Shown here piece after piece: positions 48,082 to 59,429 of a DNA stretch of 64,000 bases. This DNA comes from Squalus acanthias (Eukaryota). The stretch covers positions 2,232,001-2,296,000 of the forward strand of contig JASTWF010000036.1 in NCBI GenBank assembly GCA_030390025.1, given 5' to 3'. The notes under the pieces were generated by a model, which did not search any database, was not told the origin of the DNA, and worked only from the letters and a program-made list of their open reading frames with translations. Made by a program: the position numbers and the translations under genes. Within the stretch, counting starts at the first letter, position 1; each line of letters begins with the position of its first letter.

Positions 48082-48916
48082 GGGGGGGAATTTTGTCAAT
48101 GGGGGCGCGTTGGGGACGGGACTGATGGTTGTCGGGTTTCAGTCCCGCCCCCAACGACGTCCGGCCAACCCATGCTATTTTCCCTTGATTGACCTTGTTA
48201 AGCCCGCCCTGTGAGCTTAGCCGGCCAATTAAGGGAAAGGCAATGAGAGAGAACGTCAGCGTATGACGTTTCATCTGTCAAAAATTTTTGACAGATGAAT
48301 TGTCATCGTGAGAAGCTGTCAAACACTGACATTCTCTGTTGTTTGGTGAGCCCTTGTACTCAAGACTCACCAAACCTATTTCCTCAGCAGAAATCAGATG
48401 GCTGTTGCATCAGAGAATGCAGCAGCCATTCTGTCATCTCTGCCGTGGAGATGCCGGAGCCTCTGCATCCCCAACGATTGAAGCCTGCAGGAAGAAACAA
48501 AGGGAAGGAAACTTTTTCTATCACTTTTCACTCACCTCACATACTTACCTCTCCACACTTGCACCCATCACTCACCTCCACAGCACACTTTTGGACCCCT
48601 CCGACCCCCGCAGACCCACTGCTCGCCTCGGTGACCCTGGCGGGTTTCCTGACATCGGGAAGCCCGCACTTGTGTTGGAAAAATGGGGATAATCCTCTCA
48701 GCTGCCTGTTAACTACCTGTTAACAAGCAGTTAAGTGGCTGTAATCCCCTTCCCGCCTCGAGGAGACGGGTCCCAGCACGAGTCGGGGACCCGCCTCCTG
48801 GGAGGATGACATGGAGACGGGTTGGGGGCGGGATGGGTACCCGCCCCCAGATTCTGCCATCTTCCCAGCAGTCCCTCCTCCAAACCCACCTCCCCAGGGC
48901 TGGCAAAAATCACCCC
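48082..48916 (-). mobile_element. Harbinger-type MITE, family M1, copy 2
   Basis: Reverse copy of 3628-4461; TSD CTA/CTG inside the CR1 tail repeat. Confidence 0.87.
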
Positions 48917-49434
48917 CTGTGATTCTATATAAGACTCTATTTCTGGCATTTATTGTCCATCCCCATTTGCTAAAGTATTCTTAACTTTGTTAGTTTGTTC
49001 AGTTCAGGCACACTTCCCATTTTGACCTGGAGTCAGAAGTACATAATTGACGTTGAACTCACCGTTAAGCGGCATTGTGTAACTCAAGTATGTTACGAAG
49101 AATAAAATGGTGGTTGCTGGTGAGAAGAAGCCATTGAGTACACATTACCGGTTTAAGGCGACACATATTTTATCCAAATGGAATTAGATGACAGACAATT
49201 GTTTGAAATGATCTACTACAGCAATTTAGTGCACCTTATAGTCGATATGCTGCCTGGTGGATCATTCTGTGTTTGAATTAAAAGGCATAAATCTTTCTTT
49301 TGTTTGAAAAGAAGTCATTCGCCTTTAACAGCCTTTTTGCTCGTTGTCATCAGACATTTATATATTTTTAAAAGAGAAATGAAAACTTTTGTGGCGATAT
49401 AGACAATGAATATCAGCCCTGAATTTCACTCTCA

Positions 49435-49810
49435 GGATGTGGGCATCACTGGCAAGGCTGGTACCCCTCGTTGCCCTGAGAAGATGGTAGTGGCACAACT
49501 GAGTAGCTTGCTAGGCCACTTCGGAGGGCAGTTAAGAGTCAACCATATTGCTGTGGGAGTCACATATAGGCCAGACCGGGTATGGACTGTGGCTTTCCTT
49601 TAAGGACATTATTGAACTAATTGGCTTTTTAATGACAGTCTGACAATTTCAGGGTCACTTTTACCAGCTTTTTATAGTCAGATTTCTTTTAACTGAATTC
49701 AAATTCTCAAACTGCCATAGGTGGGACTTGAACTCCTGTTCTAGCTAGAGTTATTAGTCTAGGCCTCTGGATTACTAGTCCAGTAATATAACCACTACGC
49801 TACCGTACCC
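49435..49810 (-). mobile_element. tRNA-derived SINE with LINE family B tail
   Basis: Head GGGTACGGTAGCGTAGTGGTTA...GAGTTCAAGTCCC; 3' end CCTTGCCAGTGATGCCCACATCC shared with LINE family B. Confidence 0.75.
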
Positions 49811-49923
49811 TGAGTAAACAGCGTTCCTGCTGCATTTCTGTGTCTATGATGGTTTCCTTAATCACACACACAGCACTGCAAGACACCAGGGGGTCCACAG
49901 TCGATAATCTGAGGACCGTCTTC

Positions 49924-51127
49924 TAATAACAAGAACTTGCATATATATATATATATAAAGCCTTTAATGTAAAATAAAAAGTCCCAGGGTGCTTCACAAA
50001 GGCATGACGAGAAAATGATCCCAGTGCCGAAGTAAGAGATGTTAGGGCAGGTGACCAAAAGCTTGGTCAAAGATTTAGCTTTTAAGAGGAGTCTTTGAGG
50101 AGGAGAGGGAGGTGGAAGGCTTTAGGGAGGGAATTCCAGAGTGTGGGGCCTAGGCATAGTTACCAATGGTGGGGTGAAGGGGGGCAGGGAGGATGCACAA
50201 GAGTCAGAGGAACGGAGAGTTGGGGAGAGGGTTTGTAGGGCTGGAGGATGTTAGAGATAGGGAGGGGTGAGCCATGAAGGGATTTAAACACAAGGATAAC
50301 ATTTTTAAATTGGGAGACCAGTAGGTCAGCAAAGATAGGGTGATGTAAGTGGGACATAGTGCAGAATAGGGTATGGGCCGCACAGTCTTGGAGGAGCTGA
50401 AGTTTGCAGAGTGGGGAATGGGAAGCTGCCCAGGAGAGCATTGGAATAGGAGGCGAAAATAGGTGGTTTTGGCGATGGAGAGGCTATGGGGTAGGAAGCT
50501 CAGGGTCGAATAGGACGGCGATTGCGAACAGTCTGGTTCAGCCTGAGACCGTGGCCAGGGAGGGGGATAGAATCGGTGACGAGGGACTAGAGTTTGAGAG
50601 GATGGAGGAAATTGCAGGCTCATCGAAGGCAAGCAGTCTGACAGCTCCAAGGCAGAAGATGGGTCAAGAGAGGAAGTGAAGACATAGAAATGGATGTTGT
50701 CAGCAAACACGTGGAAGTTGACCCCGTGTCTGCGGATGATGTTGCCAAGGGGCAGCATGTAGATGAGGAAGAGGAAGGGGCCAAGGATAGATCCTTGGGG
50801 GACACCGAAGGTAACGGTGTGGGGATGGGAAGAGAAGTCATTGCTGCAGATACTTTGGCTATGATCAAATAGGTAAGAGTGGAACCAAGAGAGGGCAGTC
50901 CCACTGAACTGGACAACATGGGAGAGGTGTTGGAGGAGGATGGCATGGTTGACCGTGTCAAAGGTTGGAGCGAGGTCGAGGAGGGATAATACACCATTTT
51001 CACAGTCAGAGGATGTCTTTTGTGACTTTGATTAGAACTATTTCAGTGCTGTGGCAGGGGTGAAAAACTGATTGGAGAGATTCAAACAGGGAATTGTGGG
51101 AGAGATGGGCATGGATTTGGGAGGCGA
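49924..51127 (-). mobile_element. L2 LINE fragment
   Basis: Degraded RT (..FDTV..., GVPQGS.LGP, MLPLGNIIRRHGVNFHVFADN) and L2 3' tail. Confidence 0.85.
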
Positions 51128-51258
51128 GCATTTATGCTGGTTCGCCAGGGTTTCTGCCAAAATTACACTAGGAGATCGAGGGACCTCGTGGAAATTTGCC
51201 CCGCCAATATTTCATTTACATACTGATTTGGGGCTGCATGTTAATTAGTACTATGTGA

Positions 51259-51720
51259 AATGAGAGGGTTGTCCTATGAGGAGAGTTTGAGTAGATTGGG
51301 CCTATACTCACTGGAGTTTAGAAGAATGAGAGGTGATCTCATTGAAACATATAAGATTCTGAGGAGGATTGACAAGGTAGATGCTAAGAGGCCGTTTCCC
51401 CTGGCTGGAGAGTCTAGAACTAGGGGGCATAGTCTCAGGATAAGGGATCGGCCATTTAAGAATGAGATGAGGAGGAATTTCTTCACTCAGAGGGTGGTGA
51501 ATCTTTGGAATTCTCTACCCCAGAGGGCTGTGGATGCTCAGTCGTTGAGTATATTCAAGGCTGAGATCGATAGATTTTTGGACTCTAGGGAAATCAAAGG
51601 TTATGGGGATCGGGCGGGAAGGTGGAGTTGAGGTCGAAGATCAGCCATGATCGTATTGAATGGCGGAGCAGGCTCGAAGGGCCGTATGGCCGACTCCTGC
51701 TCTTATTTCTTAAGTTCGTA
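51259..51720 (+). mobile_element. CR1 3' fragment
   Basis: ORF 51260-51631 and CR1 tail. Confidence 0.92.
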
Positions 51721-51781
51721 TGACACTTTGAAACACAAGAGTCCCAAGATATTTTGCTCTGTTCAATTGTCATATTCTTAA

Positions 51782-51979
51782 GCTGCTTTTATATTGTTCT
51801 TTTTTTAATTCAGACTCCGGGAGCCTGACATCCAGGTGCTGGCTCCTGGTGTTTATGCTGTAAAAGTAGGATTATGAGTCTGCTGCCAGGCTACAGAACC
51901 CAGATTGAACAGGGTAAAGCCTGGGAGCCAGATCACGGACACTGGGCTCCCAGAATCAGAATTTAAATATAATAGCAGC
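51782..51979. mobile_element. Fold-back (MITE-like) element
   Basis: ~70-bp imperfect inverted arms GCTGCTTTTATATT...CCGGGAGCC...TGGCTCC / GGAGCCA...GGCTCCCAG...AATATAATAGCAGC. Confidence 0.55.
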
Positions 51980-51981
51980 CT

Positions 51982-52290
51982 GGGAGTCTAGAACTAGGGG
52001 TCACAGTCTCAGAATAAGGGGTCGGCCATTTAAGACTGAGATGAGGAGGAATTTCTTCACTCAGGGTTGTGAATCTTTGGAATTCTCTGCCTCAGAGGGC
52101 TGTGGATGCTGAGTCTTTGAGTATATTCAAGGCTGAGATTGATAGATATTTGGACTCTAGGGGAATCAAGGGATATGGAGATCGGGTGGGAAAGTGGAGT
52201 TGAGGTCGATGATCAGCCATGATCTTATTGAATGGCGGAGCAGGCTCGAGGGGCCGCATGGCCTACTCCTGCTCCTATTTCTTATGTTCT
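51982..52290 (+). mobile_element. CR1 3' fragment
   Basis: Same family as 51259-51720. Confidence 0.9.
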
Positions 52291-52614
52291 TAACTGTTGC
52301 CTCACTTAATACTCAAGCATTTAGAGAATGCTTCTCGCATGAAAAAAACACGTTGTAGAACATTTTACAAGGAGGAAGTGGTCGTCACTGAACTGGAAGT
52401 GAAGGAATTTGGAGATGGCAGAGGACTCATGGAATGTTGGCCTTTATCTCAAGGGGGCTGGAATATAAAGCGGAGGAAGTTATGCATCATTTATATAAAG
52501 CTCTGCTTAGACCCTATCTGGACACTGCGTTCAGTTCTTGGCCCCGCACCTCAGGAAGGATATATTGGCCTTGGAGGGGAAGGCAGCTCAGATTCACCAG
52601 AATGATATCGGGGC

Positions 52615-54045
52615 GCCAGAGACTTGAGCACAAAAATCCAAGCTGACACTCCAGTGCAGTGCTGAGGGAGCACCGCACTGTCGGAGGGTCAGTACTGAGG
52701 GAGCGCCGCACTGTCGGAGGGTCAGTACTGAGGGAGCGCCGCACTGTCGGAGGGTCAGTACTGAGGGAGCACCGCACTGTCGGAGGGTCAGTACTGAGGG
52801 AGCGCCGCACTGTCGGAGGGTCAGTACTGAGGGAGCACCGCACTGTCGGAGGGGCAGTACTGAGAGAGCGCGGCACTGTCGGAGGGTCAGTACTGAGGGA
52901 GTGCTGCACTGTCGGAGGGGCAGTACTGAGGGAGCGCTGCACTGTCGGAGGGGCAGTACTGAAGGAGTGCCGCACTGTCGGAGGGGCGGCACTGAGGGAG
53001 CGCTGCACTGTCGGAGGGGCAGTACTGAAGGAGTGCCGCACTGTCGGAGGGGCGGTACTGAGGGAGCGCTGCACTGTCGGAGGGGCAGTACTGAGGGAGC
53101 GCCGCACTGCCGGAGGGGCAGTACTGAGGGAGCGCCGCACTGTCGGAGGGGCGGTACTGAGGGAGCGCTGCACTGCCGGAGGGGCAGTACTGAGGGAGCG
53201 CTGCACTGTCGGAGGGGCGGTACTGAGGGAGCGCTGCACTGTCGGAGGGGCAGTACTGAGGGAGCGCCGCACTGTCGGAGGGGCGGTACTGAGGGAGCGC
53301 TGCACTGTCGGAGGGGCAGTACTGAGGGAGCACCGCACTGTCGGAGGGTCAGTACTGAGGGAGCGCCGCACTGTCGGAGGGGCAGTACTGAGGGAGCGCC
53401 GCACTGTCGGAGGGGCAGTACTGAGGGAGCGCCGCACTGTCGGAGGGGCAGTACTGAGGGAGCGCCGCACTGTCGGAGGGGCAGTACTGAGGGAGTGCTA
53501 CACTGTCGGAGGGTCAGTGCTGAGAGAGTGCTGCACTGTCGGAGGGGCAGTGCTGAGTGAGCGCTGCACTGTCGGAGGGTCAGTGCTGAGAGAGTGCTGC
53601 ACTGTCGGAGGGTCAGTGCTGAGGGAGTGCTGCACTGTCGGTGTCGGAGGGTCAGTGCTGAGGGAGTGCCGCACTGTCGGAGGGTCAGTACTGAGGGAGT
53701 GCTGCATTGTCGGAGGAGCCGTCTTTCAGATGAGACGTTAAACCGAGGCCCCGTCTGCTCTCTCAGGTGGACGTAAAAGATCCCATGGCTGCTATTTCGA
53801 AGAAGAGCAGGGGAGTTCTCCCTGGTGTCCTGGCCAATATTTATCCCTCTATCAACATCACTAAAACAGATTATCTGGTCATTATCACATTGCTGTTTGT
53901 GGGAGCTTGCTGTGCGCAAATTGGCTGCCACATTTCCCACATTACAACAGTGACTACACTTCAAAAAGTACTTCATTGGCTGTAAAGCACTTTAGGACGT
54001 CCGGTGGTCGTGAAAGGCGCTATATAAATGCAAGTCTTTCTTTAT
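52615..54045 (+). mobile_element. 5'-truncated DeuSINE with internal tandem expansion
   Basis: SINE sequence on both sides of the array is collinear with other DeuSINE copies. Confidence 0.9.
52659..53717. repeat. 33-bp SINE-derived minisatellite, ~32 units
   Basis: Unit GTACTGAGGGAGCGCCGCACTGTCGGAGGG(T/G)CA; period 33, with one 6-bp insertion near 53641. Confidence 0.97.
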
Positions 54046-54372
54046 TTACTTTCTTAAAGGGTTAAATTATGAGGAAAGGTTGCATGGTCCAGGCTTGTAT
54101 TCCCTTGAGTTTAGAGGACTGGGGGCTGATCTGATTGAAGTGTTTAAAATGTTCAAAGGATATGATGGGACAGATAGAAACTATTTCCTCTGGTGGGGGA
54201 GTCCAGAACAAAGAGACATAACCTTAAATTTAGAGCTAGGCCGTTCAGGAGTGAAATCAGGAAGCACTTTTTCACACAAAGGATAGTCGAATTCTGGAAC
54301 ACACTCCCCCAAAAGACTGCGGATGCTAGGACAATTGGAACTTTTAAGACTGAGGTCGATAGATTTTTTTTA

Positions 54373-54578
54373 ATGATGCGGAGATGCCGGTGTTGGACTG
54401 GGGTGGACAAAAGTGAGAAGTCGCACAACACCAGGTTATAGTCCAACAGCTTTATTTGAAATCACAAGCTTTCGGAGCGGCTGCTCCTTCGTCAGATGAA
54501 GCTGTTGGACTGTAACCTGGTGTTGTGCGACTTCTCACTTTTGTCCACCCCAGTCCAACACCGGCATCTCCGCATCAT
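54373..54578. mobile_element. Fold-back Penelope-type mini-element (family B)
   Basis: 80-bp arms (54373-54452 / 54499-54578) that are perfect inverted repeats except one position; the loop holds a hammerhead. Confidence 0.88.
54462..54499 (-). ncRNA. Minimal type-I hammerhead ribozyme (family B)
   Basis: Reverse complement: TCAT-CTGACGA-A-GGAGC(AGCC)GCTCC-GAAA-GC-TT-GTGA (U.G wobble in stem I). Confidence 0.8.
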
Positions 54579-55926
54579 GTTCCTATGTGGAAAGGGGAAT
54601 ATCAAGGGCATGTTTGAAGTGGTAAGTTTTCAGCAGGTATTTGAAGATAGGCTGAGAGATAGGCCAACAGCCATTTTGGAAGAGAATTTCTAAGGGCAGG
54701 AACACAATGGCAGAACGATTGGGCTCTAATGTTGCAGTGGGGAGGGCGGGAGACCAGCAGTAATTCTGTCTGGAAAGGAGTGTGCTGGCTGGCACTTAGG
54801 GTTGTAGTTTTTCCTGTTGCCTCACTTAATAATCAACCACCAGAACCATTTCTATAATGCTCCTCACATTAAAAACCCCATCCCAGGTGGGTTAGAACGA
54901 GGCCTTGGAGGGATTCGAAGACGGGCCTTTTGAAATCAATTGACTGGGGCACAGGGAATCAATGGAGCTGGGCAAGGACAGGGATGATGGATATGCAGGA
55001 CTTTGTGTCACCAGAGTATACAGGCCACAGGGTTCTGAATTAGAGTATGTGGAAGGCAGAGGCTGATGAAAGGATTTGAGAAATCAGACTTCAAGGTGAT
55101 GGATTTTGCTCTTCAGTATGAAAGTTAACTCCCCAATGAACCTTGACCTTGTGCCAAAGTATCTAAGTTAGCTGTCTCTGAGTGAACAATCACCGCTTAT
55201 ACAGTTTGGGTGTGCACAGGAAATGGTACCAATGGTATACTCTGTACTCCTGGTCTCCTTGAAATTGGTAGAACATAACAGTGACAGACCATAAGACTTG
55301 GGATGAAAACTACAAATCAAGTTTCTTGAGAAGTAAGATTAACAGAAGCAAGAATAAGAACAGATTGGATAAAATACCATACTGCACTTAACTCACATTA
55401 TCTGTTCCAAGAACACAATAGCAGGAAATGACTCACATACCATGTCAATGGCCAGTATCATTTAGCATCTGCGTTAACTATGAGCTGCTAATTCTGATAC
55501 GTGTACACCTGGCTGGCCTTTAAAAAAACGATGCTTATTTTTAATAGCTCAGCCATAAAGGTTAACTCGAGCATCTGCTCTTACAAAGATACCCGCACAT
55601 TTAGCAACATGGCACAAGGCTGCCAATTAAATTGGCAGCTGATGAGGAATTGTTTACAGACAAAGCACACTGACCCTCCGCCCCTTCCCCCCCCCCCCCC
55701 CCCCCCCCTCCACACCAACAGCAGAAAATCTCTTCCAGGAAACAGTCACAGAAGCCATTTTGTTTTTTAACAATACTGGCATAGCTGTACAGTTCCATAT
55801 AAATATATCATTGAACAATTATTGCCTGAAGCAAGAGGGCTCCTCAGTTCTGACCCAGCATGAATAAGGGGTTTAGCAGTGGCAGGGATGAGGTAGGGGC
55901 AGTCTAGGGGACAGACCGGACGCCAG

Positions 55927-55950
55927 GGGTCAAAGGTCAGCTCGGGGTCA
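55927..55950 (+). promoter_or_regulatory. Candidate composite nuclear-receptor element (DR1 + DR5)
   Basis: GGGTCA-A-AGGTCA-GCTCG-GGGTCA: three RGGTCA half-sites spaced 1 and 5 nt, in apparently unique sequence. Confidence 0.5.
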
Positions 55951-57029
55951 AATCCCAGATTCAACATTCGTTTTCGTTGCCGTTTATGGGCTACGCAACT
56001 GGGAGCTGTGATTATCGATCGAACCTTTGTAGCACGTTTAACAGCGCTGCACTTTTCACTAGCCAACACTGATTTTTAATCGTCCTTTTCATGCTTGATG
56101 AGTGCCAAGACTTTCTTTTAACACGAGGCCAAGCAGCAACACCACGTGATGTTAAATCCCAAGAGGGGATTTAACCATGTAAAGTGCAGTGCTACATCTT
56201 ATACAAGGGTTGATAAAACCTTGCTCCAGAGCAGTTTGCCAGTCCAAGTCAATATCCATTAAGGAAGAATTAGTGCTGCACCAAATTATATTCAGATAAA
56301 ATGACATTACACTGAATTATCAGTGGAAGCGGTCGCTCAAGGAAGTTCCAGTAAGACCAAGAGATCTGATGATGTCTATTAAATTTGCTGGAATTCAGAA
56401 GAATGCAAATAAAATACTTGACATATCACAGCCATCACATAGAACCTGATACTAGATGTGACTGATAAGGCTTGATGCTACCAACAGGACTGTATAATAT
56501 AGGAAAAAAGCAGGTGAACTTATTAGCTTCAATCAACAACCAAAAGTTGATCTCTCATTCTTTCCCAGATTCTGACGGACTTTGCTATGTCTTTCCAGCA
56601 GTTTCTATTTTGATTTCCAACAATCCCCGACTTTCCTTCGGACTTTACCATGAATATGCGCATTCATAGTAAAACGATTAAATGGAATGTTCACTATTCA
56701 GTTAAACGACATGACTGTACACAAGAGGAGAAATGTAGAGCAGGGAGAGGCCAATAAGCCAAATTGAGTCTCTCAGAACATGTAAAATTTGCACGTCTCG
56801 AACTCAATCCCATTTAACTTCTTAAGAGCAGCCACCCATAAAACTTGAACGAGCCAGAAAGCTCTCAAATTTCCCAACACCCAAAGTTAACTGAGCAAAA
56901 TATCTAAGCTATCAATCCATTATTAATCGCTGACTAGTTACATTCCACAGGTTCATGGTTCAAACAAGACTGGCATCACGATTTTCGAAACAGCATCTCT
57001 CACATATTTTTAATTCTTGTTACATTTTT

Positions 57030-57422
57030 CTTTCATCTCTCCAATCTTCTCCCCTCCCCTCCGCACGCTGCCAATTCCTTGCTGCAGTCTGGTGTCTCCG
57101 GCTGTGGTTGTCTTCCAGTACTTCATCCAAGTAGCGCTCATGTGTCAGCGCTATTCGTTCCCAGGGGGACATCACAGCCAAGATTGATCTGTGCTCACCC
57201 ACCAGCCAAAAGCACACATGCACAAGTACTTTTCCACAGGGATCACCGAACAGCAATTAGGAGCAGGAACCCTGTTACTTTTTTCCACATCTCCTTTGAC
57301 TGAGGGTGCTGAGGCCAATTGTAGCAGTCGACCGATGACCTAACTTAGCACAGATCAGGGAGTGAACCTTCCTGGTCTCAATGGTTCACTCCCGCACTTA
57401 CAAACTGAGACATTGGAGGAGC
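57030..57422 (-). mobile_element. Old tRNA-derived SINE
   Basis: Minus strand GACCAGGAAGG...GATCTGTGCTAAGTTAG...CTACAATTGGCCTCAGCACCC...GGGTTCCTGCTCC, ending purine-rich; related deleted copy at ~62715-62890. Confidence 0.6.
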
Positions 57423-57425
57423 CAT

Positions 57426-57737
57426 AAAGAAAGACTTGCATTTCCTTTGAGTGCCTTTCACGACCTCAGAACATCCCAAAGCATTTTACATTGAATTAAG
57501 TACTTTTTTTGAAGTGTAGTCACTGTTGTGATGTAGGAAATGCGGCAGCCAATTTGCGCGCAGCAAGCTCCCAGAAACAGCAATGTGAAGACCACCAGAT
57601 CATCTGCTTTTCGGTGTTGGTTGAGGGATAAATATTGGCCAAGATGCCGGGGAGAACTCCCCTGTTCTTCTTCCAAATACTGCCGTGGGATCTTTTACGT
57701 CAAGCTGAGAGAGATGGCGGGTTTAACGTCTCATCAT
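57426..57737 (-). mobile_element. DeuSINE 3' part
   Basis: Match to 22637-22950. Confidence 0.85.
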
Positions 57738-58341
57738 AAATTGACCGTCTACGAATACAAGCACAGAAACGAGCGTAGTTAGGCAGCTAAAGTTAGAATG
57801 AATCCGACTGTTCGATAACTCAAGTTGACAATTAACCAGCATGCTCGTTAAATTAGCACAACAATAAACTGTCTCCTTCTTTAGGAAACGGCACCAGGTT
57901 AGAGTACTTTTTGACTCTCGAAATAGTTAATTCCGCAAGTATTCAGAATGCTCCGGCCATTTACTGCAATGCTTATTTAAAGAATGTGGTATTAGCTTTT
58001 CTTTAGACAATGGAAGAATCGAATGCGTGTACCCTTGATTCAACTTTGGATTGAAAAAAATAATAATCCAGTCTAGGCATGTAAATTTTAAAGGAATGAG
58101 ATCCTGCTCACACGTTATTTGTAGGTCTTTATGCAACTTGTATCTAGAGATCTATTTGTTTTCAGTAAACTGGTCCAGACAAGCCAGTATGTGGTGTTGT
58201 AAAAAAGGAAAAATGTCCCAGTGGAAGTAGGCCAACTAGGGGATGATAGGGTGAATCTAGTGGAGTATGTAAGGAGGTCAGGTCCTGGTGGATGCAGCAT
58301 TTATTCAATGTCAGTGAAGCTGGGGGGAGAGAGAGAGAACT

Positions 58342-58742
58342 TGCAGCCAATGAAGTACTTTTGAAGTGGAGTCACTGTTGTAATGTAGGAAACGTGGCAG
58401 CCAATTTGCACACAGCAAGATCCCACAAACAGCAATGTGATAGAACAGCTAATCTGTTTTTGTGATGTTGATTGAGGGATAAATATTGGCCCAGGACACC
58501 GGGGAGAACTCCCCTGCTCTTCTTCCAAATAGTGCCATGGGATCTTTTACGTCCACCTGAGAGAGCAGACGGGACCTCGGTTTAACGTCTCATCTGAAAG
58601 ACGGCACCTCCGACAGTGCAGCACTCCCTCAGTACCGCACTGGAGTGTCAGCCTAGATTTTTGTGCTCAAGTCTCTGGAGTGGGACTTGACCCCACAACC
58701 TTCTGACCCAGAGGCGAGAGTGCAAACACTGAGCCATGGCTG
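58342..58742 (-). mobile_element. DeuSINE
   Basis: Match to 22697-23100. Confidence 0.9.
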
Positions 58743-59429
58743 ATGATGTTATAACAGGCAATGTGAAATTTTTTTTTGAAAAGGAGCGCAGATTTTGACA
58801 ATAAATTATTTGAGGTAATTATCTTAAAGAGAGCCCAATGAAAGACAAATAATTCTTCACCAGAGTGATTCTGGTTATTTATTGCAGTAAGACAATACAC
58901 AAAAATCTTTTGTATATAAAAGCATTGTCATACTTCAAATGTCAAAAGTATATTAAAAAAAGAGAAAGCTAGCCATTTCATACTGACTTTTCTGATCGGG
59001 GAACCAGAAATGTACAAGCACTTGGCAATCTACGAACGTCCCTCACCAAATGGCCTCCTTCTGTGCTGTATGATTCTAGGGGCTAGAAATTCATTATAGC
59101 CCAGGAATGGGCGGTATAATTAGAAAAGTTGGAGAATTGCCGCCAGGCGCTAATGCTCCAGACTGCACACAAAATTCATTCTCACTACTCAAAGAATTGA
59201 TTGGGGCGCTAATTCAAGTCTTTAAGCCCAAGCTCATTGGCGTTACACTCAAAGGGTGGACCAATATCGGGTGCAGTCTAATCGCAAGTCATGATTGCCA
59301 CAGACTTTTTCCAGTTCTTAAAGGGGAGGTTCATTGATGCTGCAGAACCTCATTCTCAGCTTTGCTGGCTGTGCAGCTGCCTCAGCAGGTCAAGGAGAAG
59401 GAGCCGGAGGACTGAAGCAGCTGTACTCA

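Larger units (their letters stand above)
52430..54372 (+). mobile_element. Older CR1 fragment (52430-52614 + 54053-54372) split by a SINE
   Basis: MLAFISRGLEYK...RFTRMISG continues as LKGLNYEERL after the SINE. Confidence 0.8.

Noticed and set aside
52514..53976. Long ORFs of 219-460 aa on both strands
   Set aside because: Translations of the 33-bp minisatellite and flanking SINE; no evidence they are genes.
57020..57256. Protein-looking ORF (SPWERIALTHERYLDEVL)
   Set aside because: Lies within an old SINE that has a related copy near 62715-62890.
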